Positions 30,253 to 40,723 are shown, counted from the stretch's first letter. The stretch is 64,000 nucleotides of DNA from Methanothrix sp. (GCA_963682135.1 OY821645.1:1888001-1952000); one strand, 5' to 3'. Notes: generated by a model from the letters alone, not told the origin. Program-made: numbers and translations.

Positions 30253-30860
30253 TCGGACCCACCCGTATCCTCTGACCCATCATCATCTTTGTAGCTATCA
30301 TCGCCGAGCATTGCCGCGGAAATGGCATCAATTCCATCCATAAGCTCTGCCGTCATGCAGTAAGGTATCTCGCCAATCTCAGGAATGCTCTCTCCGCCTA
30401 TCACTCTCGCCCCTACCTGACTTAATAGATCAAAAGCGCCGTCCAGATTCTCCTCTTTCTCGGCAGCTACCGCCTTTGCCACCATCTCTTCCAGGGGTGT
30501 TTCGCGATCAAAGACTCCAATGATATAGCGCTGGCTGGAGACGAATACCGCGGCGAGGGAGGTCTTGAGGGATTCAAGCATTAAATCGGCATCTTCTCCC
30601 ATAGATTCGGTCTGTGAAAAGACAATCGATCTGATGGCTGTGATCTCGGCCAGAGCCTCTTCGGGTGTTATAACCGTGCGCTCGCACCGGGCTATCACCT
30701 TAAGACAGGCCAGCACTACATCATCCATAATATAGATGAAGACCGCACCCGAGTTCTTATCATCCTCTTCGGTAAGCTTGAAGTTGCTGTCCTTAACCTT
30801 ATTCATCCAATTGAGCCATCGCTTCTCGGTGTAGAATTCTTCTTTCATTTTACAACTCAT
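30249..30860 (-). CDS. Conserved archaeal protein (DUF2150-like)
   Basis: FYTEKRWLNW, DDVVLACLKVI, GARVIGGE, acidic tail. Confidence 0.75.
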   Translation of the reverse strand: MSCKMKEEFYTEKRWLNWMNKVKDSNFKLTEEDDKNSGAVFIYIMDDVVLACLKVIARCERTVITPEEALAEITAIRSIVFSQTESMGEDADLMLESLKTSLAAVFVSSQRYIIGVFDRETPLEEMVAKAVAAEKEENLDGAFDLLSQVGARVIGGESIPEIGEIPYCMTAELMDGIDAISAAMLGDDSYKDDDGSEDTGGSD

Positions 30861-30875
30861 CCTTAATTTTGCAGT

Positions 30876-31376
30876 TTACCGGTATGTGTCTACCAAGGCC
30901 ACCCGTTCGATGACCAGATCTTCGATCCTTTCCTCGCCCACGGCACATAGCTCCTCGGAAGATATATTAAAAGCCTCTATCACGGCTTTTGCACAAAACG
31001 AACAACCCTGTCCGTCCAGCTTTATGATCTGGGATAGCTCCAAGGCATCCGGCAGAGAGCCGAAGCCAACGAGGACAAGTGCAATTCTTTGTGTACGATC
31101 CGATACTCGCATGAAAAAGGCTCTCTCAATCTGTCTCTCTCCGGAGGCGTAACGCATGATCTCCATTCCCTCATCTTTAGCGATATTTCTCGCTTCGGAA
31201 AAAGCTGCCAGCGCCTTCTGGACGGCAAAGCGGATGTGTCTCTCACTTGCGATCATATCTGCGTCGAGGGCCTGCACTATGCAGCCATGACAGGCCTCTA
31301 GATCCTTAATAGCTGATATGAGTAGCCATTTATCTCTTATAGCCGGCTTTCCGAAGAGCAGGCGAATCTCATTCAT
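30876..31376 (-). CDS. cgi121: KEOPS complex subunit Cgi121
   Basis: QALDAD.IAS.RH..FA, NIAKD.GMEIMRYASGERQI, LVIERVAL. Confidence 0.85.
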   Translation of the reverse strand: MNEIRLLFGKPAIRDKWLLISAIKDLEACHGCIVQALDADMIASERHIRFAVQKALAAFSEARNIAKDEGMEIMRYASGERQIERAFFMRVSDRTQRIALVLVGFGSLPDALELSQIIKLDGQGCSFCAKAVIEAFNISSEELCAVGEERIEDLVIERVALVDTYR

Positions 31377-31532
31377 CAATTCCGATCTGATGAGGAGGCT
31401 TAAAAGCTTACGGTCTTGCATGCAGAATTGATAGTCGGCCCAAAGAAGCATCTAAAGAGGCTGCAAAATTAGAGATTCATAAAATCTAAGAGGGGCAGGA
31501 CCTCTGCCCATAAGTATTGAGTTTAGAGCAAA

Positions 31533-32393
31533 TCAAACCAGGCCGGCACGTTGCAGCCTTAGTAGGTCTACTGTGTTCAGCTTCTCGCCCTGCCTGAAGT
31601 GGGTAAGGATATCCTCTGCCTCGCGCTTGGCAACCTCTTTGGCGCGATCTTCCTTAATGTCCCGGTTCTTCTTCTTCAAGCCCACAATGACCTTTTCGAA
31701 GTCGCGAACCTCTCTCTGGGTACGGATGAACTCTTTATGTTGCTCATCTGCGGCCTCCTGAGCCTTCACGAACTCTTTGTGAGCAGCATCGGCTTCAGCA
31801 CGAGTCTGATCGGCTTCTTTGAAGGTGGCGATCATCTGATCGTGGTATTCCTGGGCCATTTCCGCAAACTTGGTAACCCGATCGTGGTGGTCGGAAGCCT
31901 GATCTCTCATGGCTTGCGCTTCATCGAGAAGCTTTCTCAGCTCTTCGTTCTTCTCAAGCTGCTCTTTTCTGCCTCTGAACTCTGCATGCAAGGCGGCGAT
32001 CTTATCGACCAGCTGCTTCTCCTTATCCGGACTTAAGACCTCTGTCTGCTGCCGGAATTCCAGGTGATCTATCTCGCGGCGCAGATCCCTTATGGAGCGC
32101 TCTCCCGTGAGGTTGTACTTCTTGCGGATATCGTCTATCCTTGCATAGAGTTGATTGGTCTTCTCATTGTACTCATCCCTATCCTTCTTGGAATCAGCCA
32201 CATTCTTGTTATTTTCGTCCCGCAGCTTTTTGAGCTCTTGGGCCTTGTCTATTAACTCCTTGGTGGCTTTGTTCAGCTCATTTCGCTTGGCGGCCCATTT
32301 GCTCGCTTCAGCATTCAGTTGGCTTCTTCGATCCTTGAAGGCAAGGGACTCCTGTCTGAGTTTGCCTCTCTTATCTTCCAGTTCTGCCAGCAT
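31533..32393 (-). CDS. Conserved archaeal coiled-coil protein (COG1340-like)
   Basis: Continuous heptads; LEFRQQTEVLSPDKEKQLV, AQEYHDQM, GEKLNTVDL. Confidence 0.8.
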   Translation of the reverse strand: MLAELEDKRGKLRQESLAFKDRRSQLNAEASKWAAKRNELNKATKELIDKAQELKKLRDENNKNVADSKKDRDEYNEKTNQLYARIDDIRKKYNLTGERSIRDLRREIDHLEFRQQTEVLSPDKEKQLVDKIAALHAEFRGRKEQLEKNEELRKLLDEAQAMRDQASDHHDRVTKFAEMAQEYHDQMIATFKEADQTRAEADAAHKEFVKAQEAADEQHKEFIRTQREVRDFEKVIVGLKKKNRDIKEDRAKEVAKREAEDILTHFRQGEKLNTVDLLRLQRAGLV

Positions 32394-32830
32394 CCCCCGT
32401 TTGTCCTCCTGTTCCAGCCTGCGGCTGGGGTTTGGCTTCCCACATTGGGGCCAATAAACCCGGAAATCCCATGCCTACGGTGGCATGGGTCTTCTCTTCT
32501 TGCACGATACCTGGTGGGGTTTTTTGCATGCTCGATTTTCTGATCTTATGACCGATATCAATCTAGATATATAATCGTTAATCCCATTTGATTCACTGCC
32601 CAAATAGCATGGCTCTCATGTAAATGATTGTGACCAAAAGATGACCTGACCATAAGATCGATAGGAGCGAACATACTACACCATATCGAGAAAGGCTTTA
32701 CGTATTAACCTTTTGGTTATGCAGGTAAACTGATTACCGCAAGAGGGAATGTTTTCCGCTCGATAAAAAGGCAATCAACAGATTAAAATAGGTGCGTTGA
32801 CTTACGGAAAGCAGGATAATTTAAAGAATA

Positions 32831-33862
32831 GTGTTAATCGCTTTAGATGGAGGGATTGATCTGAAGAAAGCAATACTGACAGTATTAGTAGCAATGGTTT
32901 TAGTAGCTCTTATTGGGTGTTCCACTGCTTGGCCTGTCCAAACTACAACTTGGCCGGCAAATCCTACGTACCCGAATGGATACCAAGAGAGCAACAGGAC
33001 ATTCGACTTTGAGCAAAGCGTACAGGGAAATGGTTACTTTATGACCTACCTGTATGCTAAGGCAGGGAACGTCGCGGTCAAGAACTACGCTCACGGCTCT
33101 GGCTCTTTGAACAGCGAGGCCACACTGACCTACCAGAACCTGGATCGTTCAACGCATAATACATACTCCGACTACAATGACTTCCAACAGGACTGCATCC
33201 AGTTTAAAGAGGATGTGGCCATGGTCTATGCACCTATGAAGATCGCGGTCGGCACCGGATACTATGCAGCAAACCCGCTGGATTACAGCTCTCTGCTCAA
33301 GGAAAAGACCTGGGTGAAGAACTATCTGGCTGGCACCAGCATGCACCATGAGGTAGAGTATGCTCATGCTCTGGATAAGGAGCTGGAGATCGTTGCCAAG
33401 GACAAGAGGAATATAACCTGGGACCCGGAGCTTGAATCCGTTGGCTACACTCAGATGAAGATCGTAGAGGATGTAACAGACGGCAAGGCCCATATCGGCG
33501 TACTGCAGGCAAGCCCGGATTACCTGAATACTTCCAACATCGCCCAGCCTGACTTAAGCAATCCGGATACATTGGGCAAATTAGGTATGAATATCAAGAG
33601 CGCCTGGAAGAATCCCTCCATCGAGATCGATGAGGATTACTGGGGAACCTATCACATCGAGAAGAACATGACCCTCGAAGTGCCATACCACCTCATTCAG
33701 AAGAAAGAGGACTGGCTGCCCTGCTGCTTCGGAGGCTACCTTACCCTACCAACAACCTATAGGGGAGACCTGGGGCTTAAGGGCGCCAAGGGCGTCTTTG
33801 ACTGCACCTGCTTCAAAGCACCTACCGTAGCAGAGTTCCCAAGAACCTATCCAGTAGTGTAG
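32831..33862 (+). CDS. Secreted hypothetical protein
   Basis: Signal peptide; YAHGSG; DWLPCCFGGY...FDCTC; strong codon bias; start uncertain. Confidence 0.7.
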   Translation: MLIALDGGIDLKKAILTVLVAMVLVALIGCSTAWPVQTTTWPANPTYPNGYQESNRTFDFEQSVQGNGYFMTYLYAKAGNVAVKNYAHGSGSLNSEATLTYQNLDRSTHNTYSDYNDFQQDCIQFKEDVAMVYAPMKIAVGTGYYAANPLDYSSLLKEKTWVKNYLAGTSMHHEVEYAHALDKELEIVAKDKRNITWDPELESVGYTQMKIVEDVTDGKAHIGVLQASPDYLNTSNIAQPDLSNPDTLGKLGMNIKSAWKNPSIEIDEDYWGTYHIEKNMTLEVPYHLIQKKEDWLPCCFGGYLTLPTTYRGDLGLKGAKGVFDCTCFKAPTVAEFPRTYPVV

Positions 33863-33936
33863 AGAGAGGATTTTCCTTTCTCTTTTCATTTTTCTCAAAC
33901 ATAAGATTTTAAAATATTGCCGTATCATTATTCCGC

Positions 33937-34566
33937 ATGCAATTCGGGACCTGGGAGCCAATTTACCAATCCATCTTGCAGGACTTCGGTTTTTCTAGAG
34001 GCAGAGACGAAGACGCAGCAGAGCACCTGGCCGGGATCCTGCGCGAGCATGTGTCAATGCTGCAAGCCGCAGAGTCAATTGTAATCGGGCAGAGAGTAGT
34101 AGTATGCGGCAATGCTCCGAACCTTGACAAGGAACTGAAAGAGCTGCAAGAAAGAGATGCCGTCTTTTTGGCCGCGGATGGCGCCACAGCCGTCCTTTTA
34201 GAGCACAACATCGTGCCGGATATTGTGGTCACCGACCTGGATGGACCTTTTCCCGCCATTTTGAAGGCCAATCAGATGGGCTCTATCATGGTGGTCCATG
34301 CCCACGGTGATAATCTGGATGCCTTGATCAGGTATGTTCCAATGCTGAGGAGAATCATAGGCACAGTGCAGTGCCGTCCGCTGCCCGGCCTTTATAACTT
34401 CGGAGGGTTTACAGACGGCGACCGATGTGTATTCCTGGCCAAAGAGCTGGGTGCAGCCAGCATAGAGTTTCTGGGCTTTGACTTTGAGGATGAGAGTGTC
34501 ACGCCACGCAAAAAGAGAAAACTGGAGTGGGCCAAAAAGCTAATTGAATTGGCTCTTGCCCAATAA
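33937..34566 (+). CDS. mptE: 6-hydroxymethyl-7,8-dihydropterin pyrophosphokinase
   Basis: AADGAT, VVTDLDG, VHAHGDN, NFGGFTDGDR, KKRKLEWA. Confidence 0.85.
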   Translation: MQFGTWEPIYQSILQDFGFSRGRDEDAAEHLAGILREHVSMLQAAESIVIGQRVVVCGNAPNLDKELKELQERDAVFLAADGATAVLLEHNIVPDIVVTDLDGPFPAILKANQMGSIMVVHAHGDNLDALIRYVPMLRRIIGTVQCRPLPGLYNFGGFTDGDRCVFLAKELGAASIEFLGFDFEDESVTPRKKRKLEWAKKLIELALAQ

Positions 34567-34586
34567 ACAAAATGCAGAGATCCAGT

Positions 34587-35231
34587 CTATTTGCTCATGA
34601 GCTTGAGGATCGCATCTATGGCAACTTCCGCCACATTTCTTGCATTTTGCTCGGCATCGATTAGCACAAATCGATCCGGCTCAAGGGCGGCCATGCGCTG
34701 GAAGTTCTCGTCCACCAATTGCAGAAATTCGAGCCTCTCGAACTTCTGGCGTCCCCGTCGTGACTGCATTCTCTGCAGGGCGATGTGTGGGTCTAAAACT
34801 AAGAGCAGCGTTAAGTCGGGGAGCAAATTCCAGGGGCGATAGATATCCTGAATCCATGACATCGGGTCGGGCACAATTCCTCTCAGCGTTACACCCTGGT
34901 AAGCAGCGGTTGAGTCGGCATATCTATCAGACAGGACAATTGCACCCGTTTGCAGAGCAGGAAGGATAGTCTCAGTGAGATGGTGGGCGTGATCCGCCAT
35001 AAAGAGAAAAAGCTCTTGCATGCGCCTTGCGACCGAGGATTCGCACTCTTCGTCGCAGGTTTTTGCCATTTCCTCCCTCAGTATCCGGCCTGCCTGCCCG
35101 GTCGTAGGCTCGGCGGTGAGCACCAGTCTCCTCTCAGGCATTGTCTCTGCCATCTTTGTCGCAATATATTTCGCGACGGTGCCCTTTCCCGAGCCATCTA
35201 TACCCTCCAGGGTGATGAGCTGTCCCTTCAC
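34587..35231 (-). CDS. tmk: Thymidylate kinase
   Basis: LEGIDGSGKGT, TAEPT, LFMADHA, SDRYADST.AYQG. Confidence 0.92.
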   Translation of the reverse strand: MKGQLITLEGIDGSGKGTVAKYIATKMAETMPERRLVLTAEPTTGQAGRILREEMAKTCDEECESSVARRMQELFLFMADHAHHLTETILPALQTGAIVLSDRYADSTAAYQGVTLRGIVPDPMSWIQDIYRPWNLLPDLTLLLVLDPHIALQRMQSRRGRQKFERLEFLQLVDENFQRMAALEPDRFVLIDAEQNARNVAEVAIDAILKLMSK

Positions 35232-35262
35232 GAGCCTGATTCGGGGCTGAAGAGTGATTAAA

Positions 35263-35400
35263 TTATCGCTGGAAATTCGCCAGAAGAATGATATTGTCGC
35301 CCGATACTAACTCTGGTACATCATCCGATGGGTATCCGCAGTCAGCCCAGTAACCCTCGTAGCGGGCGTCTGTACCGCATTTGGGTTGTCTCATGGTCAT
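35263..35400 (-). CDS. Possible small hypothetical protein
   Basis: 45-aa ORF from ATG 35400, co-oriented upstream of tmk; no recognisable motif. Confidence 0.3.
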   Translation of the reverse strand: MTMRQPKCGTDARYEGYWADCGYPSDDVPELVSGDNIILLANFQR

Positions 35401-35631
35401 TGGTAGACAGATAGTCAGTATCCTACCATAAGGACCTATCAACGCGGCCTGTAGTCCCTTTCTTGCACCAACATTCACAGCAGAACAAAATTCTCAGCTT
35501 GTGTCAGCCCTCTAAAGGGACATGAACCGAATGTAGCCAGAATTTATAAAGTTATCCCTGACTAAGTTGACAATTTTCCGGGATTATATTGGCTGCCTGA
35601 GTAAGCTTTAAGTTGAAGTTGTACACTATCA

Positions 35632-36585
35632 ATGCTTGAGGTGCAACATTTGACCGACAAGATCTACGTAGTTGGGCACAAGAGTCCAGATACCGATTCT
35701 GTAACATCTGCAATAGCTTATGCAAATCTGAAGAACGCTCTGGGGATGAAAGAGGCAGTCGCTGCCGCCGCAGGAGACATAAACGGCGAGACCAAGTTCC
35801 TGCTGGATTACTTCAAGGTTGCATATCCTGAGAAGCTCACCGATGCCACCGACAAGAAGGTCATCCTGGTAGATCACAATGAGATGGCTCAGGCTGTGGA
35901 CAAGCTCTCAATGGAAAATATCGTGGAGATTGTAGACCACCACAAGATCGGCGGCCTTGCTACCGGCAAGCCCATATTCTTCCTTAATGAGCCGGTAGGC
36001 GCGACTGGCGGCATCATCGCGAATCTCTATGAACAGAACAATATCGCCATCAGCAAGGAAATGGCCGGCCTGATGATGTCTGCTATTCTCTCCGATACTG
36101 TTCTCTTCAAGTCCCCGACCTGCACTCCTCGCGACAAGGCAGCAGTCGAGAAGCTGGCCAAGATCGCGGGCGTCGACCCAATGGCGTTCGGCATGGAGCT
36201 TCTCAAAGCCAAGAGCAACATGTCAGCCAAGTCCGCCAAGGAGATTCTCATGGGCGACTTCAAGAAGTTCGACTTCTCAGGCACCAAGTCCGGCGTGGGC
36301 CAGGTAGAGGTCATGGATCTGGCCGATCTCGCGCCCAAGAGAGCTGCCATTCTCGAAGAGATGAATAAGATGAAAGAGGCCGAGAAGCTGGATATGGTCG
36401 TGCTCATGCTCACCGATGTCATGAAAGAAGCCAGCGATCTGCTCTTCGTAGGAAATGCAGCCGCAGCCGCAGGATTTGAGAAGGCTTTTGCAGGCAAGCT
36501 CGCCAATAACTCCATCTACAAGGAGAAGTGCCTCTCTCGCAAGAAGCAGGTAGTACCACCCCTGGAAGGCGCCTTCAAGAAATAA
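35632..36585 (+). CDS. ppaC: Manganese-dependent (family II, DHH) inorganic pyrophosphatase
   Basis: GHKSPDTDS, LVDHN, VDHH, ILSDT, SRKKQVVP. Confidence 0.93.
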   Translation: MLEVQHLTDKIYVVGHKSPDTDSVTSAIAYANLKNALGMKEAVAAAAGDINGETKFLLDYFKVAYPEKLTDATDKKVILVDHNEMAQAVDKLSMENIVEIVDHHKIGGLATGKPIFFLNEPVGATGGIIANLYEQNNIAISKEMAGLMMSAILSDTVLFKSPTCTPRDKAAVEKLAKIAGVDPMAFGMELLKAKSNMSAKSAKEILMGDFKKFDFSGTKSGVGQVEVMDLADLAPKRAAILEEMNKMKEAEKLDMVVLMLTDVMKEASDLLFVGNAAAAAGFEKAFAGKLANNSIYKEKCLSRKKQVVPPLEGAFKK

Positions 36586-36672
36586 ATATAATAAGGTGGC
36601 CGATAGCCGCCTTCCTTGTCTTTTTTAAGTAGTAATAGTAAAAACCGCAGATAAAAAGATTGCTTTCCGACT

Positions 36673-37920
36673 TCATCTGCTGCAATGAGTCTTCCCTCTG
36701 CTCATGCGTATTAGCGGCTTGGAGAGATGCCTGCGAGCACAGGGGGGGGCCTCGTAGTAGCCGGTCTCCAGCTTTCGGGCAAGAAGCCGGCGCACGCGGT
36801 CCTCGGCATGGGTCTTGCAGCGGCGGCAGCGATAGCCCTGGCCCTTGCCTGCGGATTCCATCCTCTTTTGGCATTGGGGACAGAGGGGGGCAGACATCTG
36901 CACAATATCTGCCAGATGCAAAATGTTGATCTTCTCCAGGTTTAGCGTGCCGTCCTGCACTGAGCCGTAGACCTCCAGCTCATCGCCAACAATAAGTTGC
37001 TTGACGGTAGCACGAAAGTTCTTGGTGGGCTCGAAGGCGGCGCAGTTAATCCGACTGATGCCATCTTGCAGCAGGAAGAAGAGGTGGCCCCCGGCAATAG
37101 CTTGCGGCGGCTCCGCCACAAAGCCGTGCAGCCTGTAGCTCTCAGAGTCCCGCACATCGGCCACAAAGCCTTCCCGGATATGGGCATCTGTGCCCTGGTT
37201 GGTCCGGTAGAGAACACTTCGCTCGATGGGCTCCGACTTTATGGTCCGCAATGCCTCCGAGATCGCCTGGGGATCAGAGCCTCTTATGCCAAATAATACC
37301 GGATCTGCGGAGTGAGGAGCAAAGACGATCTTGTTATTATGATGATCCACCGTATCCCAGGTGCGCGGATAGGTTAAGCCATCCGCTTCCCAGACGGAAC
37401 TCTCGTCGATGAAGCGCGGCGTGCCCCAGCGTGCCCGCTCTCGGTACGCGATCAGCTCGTAGGTATAGTCCGGGAGCACAGCTCCTATAGCCGCCAGAGC
37501 TCCGATCAAGCCGCGCCCCTTTTTAAAGCCACGATACCAGATTCCCTGCTCATCCAGCAGTTTTTTTGCTTCTCCTATCTCCAGGATCTCTGTCACTGCT
37601 CGCAGGTAGAAGGCCGTCATCTGCGGCGTCTGCCGCGGCGCGATCACCAGGCCGGGGTTGGTATTCATCCCGGAAAAATCGGAGAGTTCCAGCACGGCCT
37701 CTAAGGCTGTAGCCCTGACCTCCTCTGTGCGCTCGCTCTCCAGCTCCAGGGCGATAGCCGCATTGCCGCGCGTTTTATATCTGGCACAGGGATTGAGGCG
37801 AATGAGTTTTGGCAGGCCCGCTATCTCACCCAAAGGCCGAAGCCTCTCCATCAGCACTGCGGCCAGGTAGGTCGTGCACAGCCCTCTTTCAGAATCGGTA
37901 TCATCTATTCCAATGAACAT
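36673..37920 (-). CDS. tiaS: tRNA(Ile2) agmatinylcytidine synthase
   Basis: IGIDDTDS..GLCTTY, YKTRGN, GRGLIGA, TNQGTD, AFEPTK, zinc ribbon CPQC...CRRC, RHLSKP. Confidence 0.93.
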   Translation of the reverse strand: MFIGIDDTDSERGLCTTYLAAVLMERLRPLGEIAGLPKLIRLNPCARYKTRGNAAIALELESERTEEVRATALEAVLELSDFSGMNTNPGLVIAPRQTPQMTAFYLRAVTEILEIGEAKKLLDEQGIWYRGFKKGRGLIGALAAIGAVLPDYTYELIAYRERARWGTPRFIDESSVWEADGLTYPRTWDTVDHHNNKIVFAPHSADPVLFGIRGSDPQAISEALRTIKSEPIERSVLYRTNQGTDAHIREGFVADVRDSESYRLHGFVAEPPQAIAGGHLFFLLQDGISRINCAAFEPTKNFRATVKQLIVGDELEVYGSVQDGTLNLEKINILHLADIVQMSAPLCPQCQKRMESAGKGQGYRCRRCKTHAEDRVRRLLARKLETGYYEAPPCARRHLSKPLIRMSRGKTHCSR

Positions 37921-37956
37921 AGTCAGCCTTAAATAGCCGTCAAACTGAGATATATA

Positions 37957-38886
37957 ATGATGGATAAGGAACTTCTCGCCGAACGCGTGGAGGAGGTCCT
38001 GAGGCAGGGCGGATTTTCAACATCGGATCGCTGCTATCTCCGTCCCAGGAGCTTCGATCTTGCCGCCCGAAAGGGTAATCTTTTCCTGCTCCTCAAGATT
38101 CTCTCAAACATCGACGGCCTGAATGAGCAGACAGCTACAGAGGTACGCCGTCTGGCCAAGCATCTTTTTGCCAGCCCCATACTGGTAGGCGAGAAGACCA
38201 GAGACCAATACCTGGAAAGGGGCGCGGTCTATTTTCGCTACGGTATTCCTACGCTCAGTCTTAACACCCTGGCGGACTGCCTCCTGGATGATGCCCTGCC
38301 GTTAGTCTACGCCGCGCACGGTGGGCTCTATGTGCGCATTGATGGTACCAGGATGAGGGAGCTGAGGCTCTCGCGCGGCATCTCTCTTGGAGCGCTGGCT
38401 TCGGAGCTGGGCGTCTCCCGCCGCACCATAAGCAAGTATGAGGTGGAGGACATGGACACAACGGTGGATGTGGCTATCAAGCTGGAAGAGATCTTCGAGC
38501 AGGAGCTGATCCAGCCGGTGAACCCCTTCCTACCTGGAAATGATGTGGTGGAGAAAGGGCCGGTAACGGACACTATCCTGCGCCTGCTCCTGGAGATCGG
38601 CTTTGAGGTAGTTCCCACGGCCCAGGCCCCCTTCAATGCCATTACCAGAACTGAGGAGCTGGTAGTGCTGACCAGCGTCAGCAAATTTTCTCAGAGCATG
38701 CTCAAGAAGGCCAGGCTCATGAGCAGCCTTTCTGCCGTAGCCAGGACCAAGTCGGTGGTAATCGTCGATGGCGAAACCAAGCTGGAGTGCATTGAAGATA
38801 CCGCTTTGATCGAGAAGCGCGAGCTGGAGGGCATTGACGCCACCCGTGAATTCGAAGATCTGGTGGCCGAGAAACAAAACAAATAA
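37957..38886 (+). CDS. Archaeal HTH transcriptional regulator (COG1395-like)
   Basis: SFDLAARK, KILSNID, GGLYV.IDG, Cro-like HTH SLGALASELGVSRRTISKYE. Confidence 0.85.
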   Translation: MMDKELLAERVEEVLRQGGFSTSDRCYLRPRSFDLAARKGNLFLLLKILSNIDGLNEQTATEVRRLAKHLFASPILVGEKTRDQYLERGAVYFRYGIPTLSLNTLADCLLDDALPLVYAAHGGLYVRIDGTRMRELRLSRGISLGALASELGVSRRTISKYEVEDMDTTVDVAIKLEEIFEQELIQPVNPFLPGNDVVEKGPVTDTILRLLLEIGFEVVPTAQAPFNAITRTEELVVLTSVSKFSQSMLKKARLMSSLSAVARTKSVVIVDGETKLECIEDTALIEKRELEGIDATREFEDLVAEKQNK

Positions 38887-38931
38887 GATTACTATCACAA
38901 AAATCATATAGATTAAACCCAAATTACTGGC

Positions 38932-39612
38932 ATGAGACAGATCTTATTGATGCTAGTAACCGGGCTTTTGCTGCTGGCCGCATCCTGTGGAGGGGCGGCT
39001 GCACAAACGAGTCCTGCAAACGATTCTATCAATGCCAGCACATCCATGGGGACACAGAACCTGGCACTTTTCAGTATGCCTGATACACGGCAGAGCACCG
39101 AATACTCCTGCGGCGCTGCCGCCATGCAGGCGGTCCTGGGCTACTGGGGAAGAGACATCGGTGAAGAGGACATCAGAGAGATGCTCAACACCAACGAAGA
39201 GTCGGGAACCTATCCGGATGATATAATCAGGGTGGCATTGGCTCTTGGTCTGCAGCCCGAATATAAAGAAAACATGACCATGGCAGATCTGGAAGACCAT
39301 GTGGCAGCGGGAATACCGGTCATAGTGGACTGCCAGGCCTGGAGGAGCGTCTCGCAGTACAACGAATCCTGGGCGGATACCTGGTACAACGGACACTGGA
39401 TGGTAGTAATCGGCATCGATGAGAACAATGTAACCCTGGAAGACCCTTACATCCTGGGAGACCGAGGCACCATGTCTCGTGAGGAGTATGAGGCGCGCTG
39501 GCACAATGTGCGCGGCCTGGACGAGACGGATACAGTGAAGCAGATTCATATGGGTATAGCCATTCGCGGAGATAAGCCCGCCTCATCATCCGGCTTTAGG
39601 CACGTAGACTGA
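38932..39612 (+). CDS. Secreted C39-like cysteine peptidase
   Basis: Signal peptide; QSTEYSCGAAA (catalytic Cys), GHWMVVIG (His), EDP. Confidence 0.8.
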   Translation: MRQILLMLVTGLLLLAASCGGAAAQTSPANDSINASTSMGTQNLALFSMPDTRQSTEYSCGAAAMQAVLGYWGRDIGEEDIREMLNTNEESGTYPDDIIRVALALGLQPEYKENMTMADLEDHVAAGIPVIVDCQAWRSVSQYNESWADTWYNGHWMVVIGIDENNVTLEDPYILGDRGTMSREEYEARWHNVRGLDETDTVKQIHMGIAIRGDKPASSSGFRHVD

Positions 39613-39613
39613 G

Positions 39614-40585
39614 ATGAAAATGAAATCGATAATGGATAGGATCAAGAAATCGGGCAGGGTATTTGTCTTCGGCATAGCCGGGGACAGCGGATCTGGGAAG
39701 ACCACCATCTCACGCGGCATAAAGAGGATATTGGGTGAGGAGATGGTCTGCTCCTTCTCCATGGACGACTATCACAGCCTGGACCGAAAGGCGAGAAAAG
39801 AGCGTAATATCACGCCTCTGCACCCTGAGGCCAACCATCTGGATATGCTGGCGGATCATCTGGAGCAGTTGCGTCGCGGGCAGGCCATAGCCAAGCCGGT
39901 CTATGATCACAGCATTGGTGAGATGAGTGGTACAGTGCCCTTCGGCCCGGCTCCTGTGATTATCGTAGAGGGCTTGCATCCTTTTTTCACGCCTAGGCTG
40001 CGCAGCCTCATCGATTTCAGGATCTTTGTGGACCCCTCCCGATCGGTGAAGAGGCTGTGGAAGGTGCGCCGCGATGTGGGGGAGCGGGGCTATCAACCTG
40101 CTCAGGTTATGGCCGAGATATTGCAGCGCGAGCCGGACTACAAGCTCTACGTAGACATCCAGAAGATCTACGCCGAGATAGTGGTCAAGATTCAGGATAG
40201 CCGGTTTCATCCTTCCCTTCTGGAGCCGGGAATCGCGCCTGACTGGTACTCGGTGCGGCTAATTCAGCAGATGCAAGAGCAGCCCGTCTCTCAGGTCGAT
40301 CTGACCATTGATTTGAGCAAGATTCTGAGAAGCTCGGAGCATAATTTTTCTATCGAGTTTCAAAGAGACGATTACTACGGAAAAAAGGTGGGCATCATGA
40401 CGGTAGATGGCGAGATTCATCAGTCCATGATCGCCGATCTGGAGAAGAAGCTTTGCGAATCGCTGGGAACTTATGCCGTCATCAGCGATCGGCGAGAGGA
40501 GTACGTCAATGCCATCGGTCTCTCTCAGTTGATCCTGACCTGGAGCTGCCTGGAGAAGCTGGAGCATCTCCTGGGCAAAAGCTAA
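39614..40585 (+). CDS. prk: Phosphoribulokinase (reductive hexulose-phosphate pathway type)
   Basis: GIAGDSGSGKTT, DDYHSLDR, ITPLHPEAN, KPVYDH, EGLHP, WKVRRD..ERG. Confidence 0.85.
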   Translation: MKMKSIMDRIKKSGRVFVFGIAGDSGSGKTTISRGIKRILGEEMVCSFSMDDYHSLDRKARKERNITPLHPEANHLDMLADHLEQLRRGQAIAKPVYDHSIGEMSGTVPFGPAPVIIVEGLHPFFTPRLRSLIDFRIFVDPSRSVKRLWKVRRDVGERGYQPAQVMAEILQREPDYKLYVDIQKIYAEIVVKIQDSRFHPSLLEPGIAPDWYSVRLIQQMQEQPVSQVDLTIDLSKILRSSEHNFSIEFQRDDYYGKKVGIMTVDGEIHQSMIADLEKKLCESLGTYAVISDRREEYVNAIGLSQLILTWSCLEKLEHLLGKS

Positions 40586-40659
40586 GCCAGAGATACTGGC
40601 ATCACGCGAAGGCGCGAAGTTGCTGAGAGTGAGAGCCTGGGTTAGGGGCAATAGTCTAG

Positions 40660-40723
40660 CCCCAGCAGCGTTGCCCCACTAGCGTTACCCAACCAGCGCT
40701 GCCGGCCTTACCCGCCAGCCTTA
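40660..40723. repeat. Degenerate 14-bp tandem repeat between convergent genes
   Basis: ccccagcagcgttg / ccccactagcgtta / cccaaccagcgctg / ccggcctta / cccgccagcctta. Confidence 0.6.
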
